Assembly (NCBI RefSeq): GCF_006345805.1
Contig: NC_043010.1
Span: 12,896,001 to 12,960,000, forward strand
Length of the DNA: 64,000 nucleotides
Direction of reading: 5' to 3'
Source: Octopus sinensis
Taxonomy: Eukaryota
Shown here: positions 41,410 through 52,810 of the stretch, piece by piece
Layout of the letters: every line of letters starts with the position of its first letter
Position numbering within the stretch: position 1 is the stretch's first letter
The notes under the pieces: model-generated
Seen by the model: only the letters and a program-made list of their open reading frames with translations
Told to the model about the DNA's origin: nothing
Database searches by the model: none
Made by a program: the position numbers and the translations under genes

Positions 41410-41840
41410 GGGTGCAGGAGTGGCTGTGATATAGTTGCAGGAGTGGCTGTGTGGTAAGTAGCTTGCTTACCAACCACATGGTTCCGGGTTTAGTCCCACT
41501 GCGTGGCATCTTGGGCAAGTGTCTTCTGCTATAGCCTCGGGCCGACCAAAGCCTTGTGAGTGGATTTGGTAGACGGAAACTGAAAGAAGCCTGTCGTAAA
41601 TATGTATATATATATATATGCGTGTGTGTGTTTGTGTGTCTGTGTTTGTCCTCCTAGCATTGCTTGACAACCGATACTGGTGCGTTTATGTCCCCGCTAC
41701 TTAGCGGTTCGGCAAAAGAGACCAATAGAATAAGTACTGGGCTTACAAAAGAATAAGTCCCGGGGTCGATTTGCTCGACTAAAGGCGGTGCTCCAGCATG
41801 GCCACAGTCAAATGACTGAAACAAGTAAAAGAGTAAAGAG
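41410..41840 (+). mobile_element. SINE family A
   Basis: Full-length copy with the first ~18 bp duplicated. Confidence 0.9.
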
Positions 41841-42321
41841 TATAGTATAATTAGTGCTAGCATTGAAATGCCCTTTTTACAAAGATTTCTTTCAGAGAAT
41901 TTTCGGCAAAGAGTAGAATAGTCATCAAAAGTACTTTGTCCATTTTTTTTTTGTTTTTTAGCATAATTGAAATTAAATTATCGAAATGCATAAAAAAAAC
42001 AAAGATCTTGAGGGGGCTACTGCTGTTTCTAGCTGGTCAAACAACCACATAAAGGCTCCCTCGTTAGCCTGTGCTGATGTTGTTGTGTTTTAGCAGTAGA
42101 GGGAGCTGTAATGTAACAACTATATAAATGTTTGATTACATTTACATTGTTGGACTGTGACAACAGCAACAACAACAACAACAACAACAATAGCTACAAC
42201 AGCACCAATCAAAAGTAGAAAAAGATGGAACTTGAAGAACAAAATATTCCTTTTCTTGACAAATTTGTAATTACCAACATTCTTAATAATCACTGTGAAT
42301 ACAATTAATTATAACTATGAC

Positions 42322-42324
42322 GTA

Positions 42325-42361
<37 letters not shown>

Positions 42362-42785
42362 TGTAATATAATAATAAGAATAATAGTAATAATATAATAG
42401 TAATAATATAATAATAATAATAATGATAATAATAATAATAATAATATCTATAATAATAGTAATATAATAATACAATAATAATAAGAAAGAGTATAAATAA
42501 TATATAATATAATAACAGTAATAATAATAATAATGATAATAATAATAATAATAATAATAAAATAATAATAATAATAATAATAATATAATAATAATAATAA
42601 CAATAATAATGATGATGATGATAATAATAATAACAACAACAACAACAATAGCTACAACAGCACCAATCAAAATAGAAAAAGATGGAACTTGAAGAACAAA
42701 ATATTCCTTTTCTTGACAAATTTGGTAATTAACCTAACATTCTTAATAATCACACTGTGAATTACAATTAATTATAACTATGACT

Positions 42786-42824
<39 letters not shown>

Positions 42825-43490
42825 GATAGTAATAATAATATAATAGTAATAATATAATAATAATAATAATAATAATAATGAATAATAATAATAATAATAA
42901 TATAATAATAATAAGAAGAATAATAATAGTAATAATAATAATAATATAAATAAGAATATAGTAATAATATAATAATAATAATAATAACAGTAAAATAATA
43001 AGAATGATATAAATAATAATAATAATAAAATAATAATAATAATGATAATAAAATAATAATAAAATAATAATAATAATGATAATAAAATAATAATAATGAT
43101 GATAATAATAATATAATAATAAATAATAATATGATGATATGATGATGAATCATAGTAATAATAATAATAATAATAATGATAATAATAATATAATAAGAAT
43201 AATAATAATAAGAATGATGATGAGGATATATAATAATAATAATATAATATAATAATAATAACAATAAAATGATGATGAATGATAAATAAGAATAATAATA
43301 ATTATAATAAGAATAAATAATAATAAGCAATAATAATAATACAATAATAAGGATGATGGGATGATTATAATAATAAATAATAATAATATAATAATATAAT
43401 AATAATAATAATTAACAATAATATGATGATGATGATAATAATAATAATAACAACAACAATAATAATAATAATAATAATAATAATATAGCA
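42322..43490. repeat. Degenerate (AAT)n array with duplicated flank
   Basis: Seen directly. 42165-42330 recurs at about 42630-42790. Confidence 0.9.
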
Positions 43491-44039
43491 TCATAGTACT
43501 GTGCAATTATTTTCAAGCATGACTATTCCATTTTCACTTCTATTTAAACAAATAGGCTTTTTTTTCCCCTTCATTTTTCTAGGAAACTCTCCATCTCAGT
43601 TTCCGCTCAATCTAGTGTCGAGCTAAATAAAGACCGAAATAACAAAGTATTGGAATGAACATTCTACCTGCTCGAGATCATGTTTCTCTTTTTAGTTCAT
43701 CAATGGGGTGCTTGGAAAGTATTTTTATCGAATGTGGCCAATTGTTTTGATACAGAACAAGCAAGAAGAGATGAGTAAAAATCAATATGAGAGAAAAAGA
43801 AAGCATTGATTTATGAATGGCTCGGAGTATTTAAGAACATGAATAGTTAATTAAATGGTGTTCCTTTTTCTGGAAACCCGATGTTGTTTACAGTCACATC
43901 TACGACATCATGCTGAAAGCACCAGATATATATTTATTTGTCGGCTTCCTGAAATTTTGTGATAGTCAGAGACTCTTCTGATAAAGATACAGAAACAAAA
44001 ATGTAAGAATTTAAAATGGCAACAATTTACATTCTCTCT

Positions 44040-44451
44040 ATTTTTCTCTTTTACTTGTTTCAGTCATTTGACTGCGGCCATGCTGGAGCACCGCCTTTAA
44101 TCGAGCAACTCGACCCCGGGACTTATTCTTTTGTAAGCCCAGTACTTATTCTATCAGTCTCTTTTGCCGAACTGCTAAGTGACGGGGGACATAAACACAC
44201 CAGCATCAGTTGTCAAGCAATGCTAGGGGGACAAACACAGACACACAAACACACACACGCATATATATATATATATATATATAGACATATATACGATGGT
44301 CTTCTTTCAGTTTCCGTCTACCAATTCCACTCACAAGGCTTTGGTCGGCCCGAGGCTATAGTAGAAGACACTTGCCCAAGGTGTCACGCAGTGGGACTGA
44401 ACCCGGAACCATGTGGTTGGTAGACAAGCTACTTACCACACAGCCACTCCT
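44040..44451 (-). mobile_element. SINE family A
   Basis: Full-length copy. Confidence 0.9.
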
Positions 44452-44736
44452 AATAAAATATCCTTAACGTGAGGAGTACCTACTTTCACTTTCACTTCTT
44501 AACTTTTTTGTTTCACTCATTAGACCATGGCCATGCTGGAGCACTACTTTAAAAAATTTTGTGAAAAAAAATCATACCCATTCCTTATTTTAAATATGGT
44601 ACTTATTTATTCTATTGCCAAAGCACTAAGCTATGGGGGACATAAACAAACAAACACTAGTTGTCAAGCAGTGGTGGGGAACAAAACACTAACACAAACA
44701 CATATACATATCTGTATACAAGTCATATATATGTAT

Positions 44737-44965
44737 GCAGCGAGCTGGCTGAGTGGTTAGCATGCCGGGCGAAATGCGTTGCCGTATTTCGTCTGCCGTT
44801 ACGTTCCGAGTTCAAATTCTGCCGAGGTCGACTTTGCCTTTTATCCTTCCGGGGTCGATAAATTAAGTACCAGTTATGCACTGGGGTCGATGTAATCAAC
44901 TTAATCCCTTTGTCTGTCCTTGTTTGTCTCCTCTGTGTTTAGCCCCTTGTGGGTAGTAAAGAAAT
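44737..44965 (+). mobile_element. SINE family B
   Basis: Full-length copy. Confidence 0.9.
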
Positions 44966-45777
44966 ATATATGTATATGAGATGCACACACACAAACACAC
45001 ACACACATCACCATCATCATCATTGTTTAACGTCTGTCTTCCATGCTGGCATGGGTTGGACGGTTTGACAGGAGTTGGCCAAGCAGAAGACTGCAACAGA
45101 CTTCTGTGTCTGTTCTGGCATAGTTTTATGGCTGGATACCTTTCCAAATACCATCGACCTCGCAGATATATATATTACATACATATATTATTTAAAACAG
45201 CTTGTTTCAATTCCATGTAACTTCAAGTTTCACAGGCCCCTAACAGGAATCCATCTCTTTCAGGCTTTCGATTGCAGAATGGAGAAGTACGTGAAGTCCA
45301 AGATAGTTATTGGATGCATATATACATACATACAATACACACACACACATGAAAGTCTTCTTAAATATACATGAAAGTCTTCTAATAGTTTCCATCTACC
45401 AAATTCACTCACAAGGCTTTGGCTGGCCCAAGGTTATTGTAAAAGTCACTTGCCCAAGATGCCATACAATGGGACTGAACCTGGAACCATGTGGTTGGAG
45501 AGCAAACTTTTTACCACACAGCCATACCTGTGATAATTAGTTAAGATATCAGCATATCATCTTGTATAATGCACTGATTATGCTCTCTGAAGTATTATGT
45601 TCTGGAGTTAATCTGATTTTTAAAGAGGTTTAATAAGGCTGAAATATGCCTAGATTTGGCACTGTCCTCACCAAAGTTTTGACTCACTTATTACTACATC
45701 CATCCAGTATTTAATTACTTTTAAGGGATTAAAATTTTCCGATCGTGTCCTCTGCATTTTTGTTCAAACAGAATTAA

Positions 45778-46154
45778 TCTATATATATAAAAGTGAGGTT
45801 GTGTGGTGTCTGTCTCCTACGATTTAGATTCCTAACTACTCCCACATTTTGCGGTGCAGTTTAACCAAAACCGGGTATCTTATAGTCGTGATTCATATCG
45901 AGCCCTTCTGAGTCTACGATTTTTAAAAAATTTACCTTAATTTTTTTCCATTTTAATGCATTTTTTCGCTATTATATAAGGGAAGTAACTCTCTAAAAAT
46001 GTCTACGATGAGTCAACGATTTAAAAAAAAATTTACCATAATATTTTTTCCATTTTTAATGCATTTTTTTGCTATTTTTTGGCTATAACTCTCTAAAAAT
46101 GCTTATATAGTTATTTCCCTTACAAACCCAAGCAACGCCGGGCGATACTGCTAG
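45778..46154 (+). mobile_element. Non-autonomous Helitron, copy 2
   Basis: A|TC...CCCAAGCAACGCCGGGCGATACTGCTAG|T. Confidence 0.85.
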
Positions 46155-46214
46155 TTAATTATAAAATGATTGTTCTAAACATTATCTAGTCAGACAAATT
46201 TCACTTCACAACTA

Positions 46215-46594
46215 TGTGTTCTTGGGTTCAGTTCCAGAGTGTGGAACCTTGGGCAAGTGCCTTCTACTATAGCCTTGAGCTGACCAAAGTTTGGTGAGAG
46301 GATTTAGTGTAAGGAAACTAAAAGAAGCCTGTCCTGTGTCTACACATGTATATGTGTGAGTGTGTGTGTGTGTGTATATATGTGTGTGTATGTTTGTGTG
46401 TCTGTGTTTGTTCCCCCCACCATCGCTTGACAACCAATGCTGGTGTGTTTATGTCCCCGTAACTTAGCGGTTCGGCAAAAGAGACCAATAGAATAAGTAC
46501 TAGGCTTACAAAAATAAGTCCTGGGATCGATTTGCTCGACTAAAGGCGGTGCTCCAGCATGGCCACAGTCATATGACTGAAACAAGTAAAAGAG
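46215..46594 (+). mobile_element. SINE family A, 5'-truncated
   Basis: Aligns with the family consensus. Confidence 0.85.
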
Positions 46595-47346
46595 CTATTT
46601 TTTCTTTTAACTAACCACTAACTCTATGCAGTAACAAAATTTGATTGGTGGGGGCAAAAGAAAACATATATATACCACATATAATGTGCTTATGTGTATG
46701 CGTGTATATGCATGCGTGCGTGTGTAATATCACTATTCATATTCATCATTTAACATCCCTGTTTCATGTCTTGCATAGATTGGACAGTTTGACAGGAATC
46801 AATGTGTCCAAGGACTGCACTGAGCTTCAATTTCTGCTTCAGCATGGTTTCTACGGCTGCCAAAACAGACATTAATGCTCATATATATTGTGTGTGTGTA
46901 TATACTGTATTCTAACATGTATAAGGATCACATTTTTGTTAAAAATTAGGTTTAAAAATTTCTTATACATGGATAATATTATAATCTCTTACAAAAACTT
47001 TTTTCCAAAAATTAGGGGGTTCTTTATACATGACGATTCCTTATATACATTAAAAGACAGTGTAAATATATATATATATATATATACACACACAAATACA
47101 AAATACATGTATCACACATCACTCCATACCAGTGTTTCTCAACCAGGGTTCCGCAAAAGGTTCCTAGGGGTTCTGTGAGAAGAGTGACATTATATATATA
47201 TATATATAATATATATAAATAATATAATATAATATAATATAATACAAAATAATATATATGTGCATATACACACAACACACACACACACATACACACACAC
47301 AACACACATATATATCTCCTTGTTTCTCTCCTTGTTTTTTTTCTGT

Positions 47347-47388
47347 GTATCTTTCTGTAGAAGAGCGTAGGCTCGAAACGTAAAATAC
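47347..47388 (+). ncRNA. Minimal hammerhead-like motif (A6U variant) in Penelope-LTR-like fragment 47312-47480
   Basis: UUU-CUGUAGA-A-GAGC-GUAG-GCUC-GAAA-CG-UA-AAA. Same architecture and downstream TCCTGAGCGT as the 28.9-kb fragment. Confidence 0.6.
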
Positions 47389-47478
47389 TTTTTCTATTCC
47401 TGAGCGTTATACTAATACATCTGTTTGTTTGTACACCACCTATCTTCGTCTTTTGTTTATTTTCGTAAACTTTCCCTT

Positions 47479-47526
<48 letters not shown>

Positions 47527-48118
47527 ACACACACACACACACACATATATATACATATACATGCATATATTGGTAAGGGCTGTCAGAAACAGTAAACAAC
47601 ATGAAATACGAAAACAAATAAGTTGAATACACAATCAACGAGAGAAACAAATGGAAAGCAGTACAAGTGACATAAAGAATGACCCTTCATCAGTTGTTGG
47701 CTGCCTATCTACTGCACATTTAAAGTCCTTTAATGTCTGTTTTTCATGCTGACATGGGTTAGATGGTTCAACAAGAGCTGGTGAACCAGAAGACTGCACC
47801 TAGTTCCGATTTCTGCTTTGGCTTGATTTCTGCAGCCGGATGCCCATTTTAATGCCTCCATACAAGTCCCATTTATCAAAATCACTCACGACTAAGCCCA
47901 AGACTAAAGTAGAAAATATTTGCCCCAAATTTCACCAGTGGGGATGAACCCAAAAGCATGTAGTTGCAAAGCAAGGATCTTAACCAAACAACCTGGTCTG
48001 TGATTTAGACTCAAAACCAACAATTTTTAAGGGATAGTTTATCAACCCCGGTACCTAACTGGTACTTTATTTTATCACCCGCCAAAAAAAAAAAAATAAA
48101 TTAAAGGTAAAATAGATA

Positions 48119-48520
48119 CGCGCAGGAGTGGCTGTGTGGTAAGTAGCTTGTTTACCAACCACATGGTTCCGGGTTCAGTCCCACTGCGTGGCATTTTGGG
48201 CAAGTGTCTTCTACTATAGCCTCAGGCCAACCAAAGCCTTGTGAGTGGATTTGGTAGACGGAAACTGAAAGAAGCCCGTCGTATATATGTATATATATGC
48301 ATGTGTGTGTTTGTGTGTCTGTGTTTGTCCCCCCAGCATTGCTTGACAACCGATGCTGGTGTGTTTATGTCCCCGTTACTTAGCGGTTCGGCAAAAGAGA
48401 CCAATAGAATAAGTACTGGGCTTACAAAGAATAAGTCTCGGGGTTGATTTGCTTGACTAAAGGTGGTGCTCCAGCATGGCCCCAGTCAAATGACTGAAAC
48501 AAGTAAAAGAGTAAAGAGTA
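48119..48520 (+). mobile_element. SINE family A
   Basis: Full-length copy. Confidence 0.9.
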
Positions 48521-48616
48521 AAATAGATATCTAATCAACCCTGAAAAAATAAAAGGTAATGTTGACTTCTACAAGATTTGAAATCATAGTATAAAGACAT
48601 GGAAGAAATATTATAC

Positions 48617-48977
48617 TCTCTCTTTCATTCTTTTACTTGTTTCAGTCATTTGACTGTGGCCATGCTGGAGCACCACCTTTAGTCAAGCAAATCGACTTCC
48701 CAGGACTTATTCTTTGTAAGCCCAGTAATTATTCTATCGGTCTCTTTTGCCGAACCGCTAAGTGACGGGGACATAAACACACCAGCATCGGTTGTCAAGC
48801 AATGCTAGGGGGACAAACAAACACACAAACACACACACACACACACATATATATACATATATACGACGAACTTCTTTTAGTTTCCGTCTACCAAATCCAC
48901 TCACAAGGCTTTGGTCAGCCCGAGGCTATAGTAGAAGACACTTGCCCAAGATGCCACGCAGTGGGATTGAACCCGGG
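48617..48977 (-). mobile_element. SINE family A, 5'-truncated
   Basis: Tail-to-tail with 48119-48520. Confidence 0.9.
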
Positions 48978-49331
48978 GAATATAATTCATGTTGTAATAA
49001 TTCAACCAGCTTGTCACCTTTGAAATGAGAGTAATGACTATAAAGATATGCAACAGACTGCATCTAGTTATATTGTTAATGGATGTATTCTGAAACGACC
49101 AAAGTGAATGACAGAAGACATGAGAATACCAACGAGAAACTTACTGAAAAATGAAATTCCCAGAAACCAGAGAAAAGTTGCCAAGAGTTAGCTAGGGTAT
49201 GATGTAATTATAAAAGAGTACTTACCATATAATTAAGTAATAAAATGGTTCAACGCACCATTACAATTAAATTATCAATTAATCTCCTTCTCTGACGCCA
49301 ATCAATGCTTTTTTACAAACATTCTGTATAT

Positions 49332-49772
49332 GCGCAAGAGTGGCTGTGTGTGTAAGTAGCTTGTTTACCAACCACATGGTTCCGGGTTCAGTCCCACTGC
49401 GTGGCACCTTGGGCAAGTGTCTTCTACTATAGCCTCAGGCCAACCAAAGCCTTGTGAGTGGATTTGGTAGACGGAAACTGAAAGAAGCCTGTTGTATATA
49501 TGTATATATATATATATGTATATATGTGTGTGTGCGTGTATGTTTGGGTGTCTGTGTTTGTCCCCCTAGCATTGCTTGACAACCGATGCTGGTGGGTTTA
49601 CATCCCCGTGACTTAGCGGTTTGGCAAAAAAGACCGATAGAATAAGTACTGGGCTTACAAAGAATAAGTCCCGGGGTCGAGTTGCTCGATTAAAGGCGGT
49701 GCTCCAGCATGGCCGCAGTCAAATGACTGAAACAAGTAAAAGAGAGAAAAGAGAGAAAAGAGAGAAAGAGAG
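49332..49772 (+). mobile_element. SINE family A
   Basis: Full-length copy. Confidence 0.9.
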
Positions 49773-49814
49773 TATGCTATATTAGAGAAAGTGTAGCTTT
49801 TGTCTTTATTTGTT

Positions 49815-50142
49815 ACTAACTGGCACTTTGTCAGTTATGACTATGAGGGTGCCAGTTGATCCGATCAACGGAACAGCTGGCTCATGAAATTAACGTTCAT
49901 GTGGCTGAGCACTCCACAGACATGTGTACCCTTAACATAGCTCTCAGAGAGGTTCAGTGTGACACTGAGTTTGACAAGGATGGCCCTTAGAAATACAGGT
50001 ACAACTCATTTTTGCCACCTGAGTGGACTCGAGCAATGTGAAATAAGTGTCTTGTATAAGGACACAATGCATCAGCAGAGATTGAACTCACGACCGTACA
50101 ATCATGAACCAAATACCCTAACCACTAAACCATGTGCCTTCA
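49815..50142 (-). mobile_element. Chimeric tRNA SINE (body as at 36886, 3' module as at 13761)
   Basis: Minus strand: tRNA head, GTGTCCTT...TTGCTCGAGTCCACTCAG, then GTTAAGGGTACACATGTCTGTGGAGTGCTCAGCCAC. Confidence 0.8.
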
Positions 50143-50204
50143 CTTTATTTATTACCATGCTAGTAATCAATAACAATAATCATACTTCCACTAATGAAGC
50201 CTAA

Positions 50205-50602
50205 TCTATATATATAAAAGTGAGTTTGTGTGCTGTCTGTCTCCTACGATTTAGATTCCTAACTACTCCCACATTTTGCGGTACAGTTTAACCAAGACCG
50301 GGTATCTTATAGTCGTGATTCATATCGAGCCCTTCTGGGTATTAGTGCGCATCTACGATGAGTCTACGATTTAAAAAAAATTATCATCATTTTTTCCCAT
50401 TTTTAATGCATTTTTTTGCTATTATATAAAGGAAGTAACTCTCTAAAAATGTATTATTAAATCTCAGAACGTAAAAAGCTACAGTAACACCCCCCCCTTT
50501 GTGGTTAGCCATATTGAGATGGGTATTATACTTTACATCTCTAAAAATGCTTATATAGTTATTTCCCTTACAAACCCGAGCAACGCCGGGCGATACTGCT
50601 AG
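50205..50602 (+). mobile_element. Non-autonomous Helitron, copy 3
   Basis: A|TC...CCCGAGCAACGCCGGGCGATACTGCTAG|T. Confidence 0.85.
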
Positions 50603-51326
50603 TAAATTATAGATGTTCAAAAATGTCTCCTTTATATACTCAACCAAAATATGTTAGCTAACCCCTAATATTTTTCTCAATCACTGTATTCAACCTTATT
50701 GCAGCTAGTTCTGATACTGAAAACCTTGGAAATAATTAAACCTATCTTTTTATTAAAAGATAATGGGTTGTTATGGAAAACAAGTGAATCCCAGATTTCC
50801 ATTGTCAAGATTTAATTATTTCTCAAAGAATCATCATATAATCCTTAAACTGGATCTCAGTTTATTTATAGCAATAAAAAGTACTGAGGAATAAATCCTA
50901 ATATATTCAATGATTCTTAATATTTGATTGTTTTTTCATTTTCTGTATATTTTTTTATGATCTCTTTGTTCTGAACAGGAAGAACTATTGTGCAATGAAT
51001 TACATAGATGATCTAATGTTGATTAAAATTTAATCATTCTTTTAAAGAAAATATCTGTTGTTAAAAGGAATCCATATTTGTTTAGAAAAAGTCTTTTTTG
51101 TAAAAAAAAAAAAAATTATTATTATAATTCACAGATAATGATTAATGTTGAGGAGAACTTAATCATGTTTCATTTAAAAAAAAATCTAATTATGATAAAA
51201 GTAAATCCTTTTTGTTTTGTAAGTTAAAAAATTTTTAAAAATTATTGCAAAATGGATCAAAAGTGATTACTGAATGTTGTCGAGTGTTTAATTATCTTTG
51301 TATAGTTTAGTTAATTAAAGACCATC

Positions 51327-51547
51327 TCCTTTACTCCTTTACTTGTTTCAGTCATTTGACTGCGGCCATGCTGGAGCACCGCCTTTTAGTCGAGCAACTC
51401 GACCCCGGGACTTTTTTTTTTTTTTTTTGTAAGCCCAGTACTTATTCTATCGGTCTCTTTTTTTTGCCGAACTGCTAAGTAACGGAGACATAAACACACC
51501 AGCATCGGTTGTCAAGCAATGCTAGGGGAGCAAACACAGACACACAA

Positions 51548-51582
<35 letters not shown>

Positions 51583-51759
51583 CATATATACGACAGGCTT
51601 CTTTCAGTTTCTGTCTACCAAATCCACTCACAAGACATTGGTCGGCCCGGGGCTATAGCAGAAGAAACTACTTGCTCAAGATGCCACGCAGTGGGACTGA
51701 ACCCAGAACCATGTGGTTGGTCAGCAAGCTACTTACCACATAGCCACTCCTGCCACTCC
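51327..51759 (-). mobile_element. SINE family A
   Basis: Full-length copy. Confidence 0.9.
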
Positions 51760-52549
51760 ATCGATTTTCTTTTTCTTTTTTTTTTTGTCATTCTAAAGTC
51801 ACCAATTTGTTAGGAGAGATATAGTCCATTAAATTCAACTCCCGTCCATCCCGAATATATATTTCATCATCCCTTGAAGGATAAAAGGAAAGCTTGATTC
51901 CCGTGATGGGATTAGGCATAAAACAGTTCTTTCAATCCCAAACTAGTTTTTCAAGTATATTTCATCCTGTGCTATATAGACATCTATCTCAAACTCACCA
52001 CTCTCTTTTTTTTTTTTTTTGATGTCATAAACCTTTATAACATCAATACTTACATCTCCTCTTTATTCGCTCATTCCTCCCACATCCTCATCACTGGTAC
52101 AGAAACCAGATCATTTGCCATTTCCACCAATTATTATCTCACCTACCTACATCCCTGCTGATCAATGCCTTTGCCTTTTTTTTTTTACATCTTTCTCACA
52201 TCCAAACCTAGTCTTTATCCCTCTATCACCATATCTGCATCCATCAAATTATCTGACCACAACCTGATGAAAAACGAAAAATACAGATGTATATATTTTT
52301 TTTTTGCTGTACAGCAACTAATAAGCATCACAATTTCACCAGTTCTGTCCTGACTATAAACTGGCAGATCCATTCATGACAGCTAAGTAGACAATATATA
52401 TACATATATGTGGATGTGTGTGTTTCTGCGTGAGTGAGTGAGTGTGTGTGTGTGTGGTAGGTGTGTTGTTGTGACACCTGGCTTAGAGCTTAGTGGTGTG
52501 TGTGTATTATATTATGATATATATAGATATATATATATATATATAATAT

Positions 52550-52706
52550 TATCATCATCATCATCATCATACACTGTTTTAAATCCAGGTTTTGTTCCCA
52601 TTAACAGGGATGGCCATATCTACCTCAATGCCACACCAACCGAGGTAGGCAGGTGCAGTCCATTCTCCTTTGCTATCATGAGGCTTTTTTGGAGCTGGAT
52701 TTTCTA
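52550..52706 (-). mobile_element. Short retroposon 3' end with (TGA)n tail
   Basis: GTTTTAAATCCAGGTTTTGT...GAGGTAGGC is shared with 57445-57535 and 58548-58640. Confidence 0.6.
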
Positions 52707-52775
52707 TGTATGTATGTATGTATATGTGTGTATATATGTGTGTGTGTGTGCATGTATGCATGTATATGCATATTA

Positions 52776-52810
<35 letters not shown>

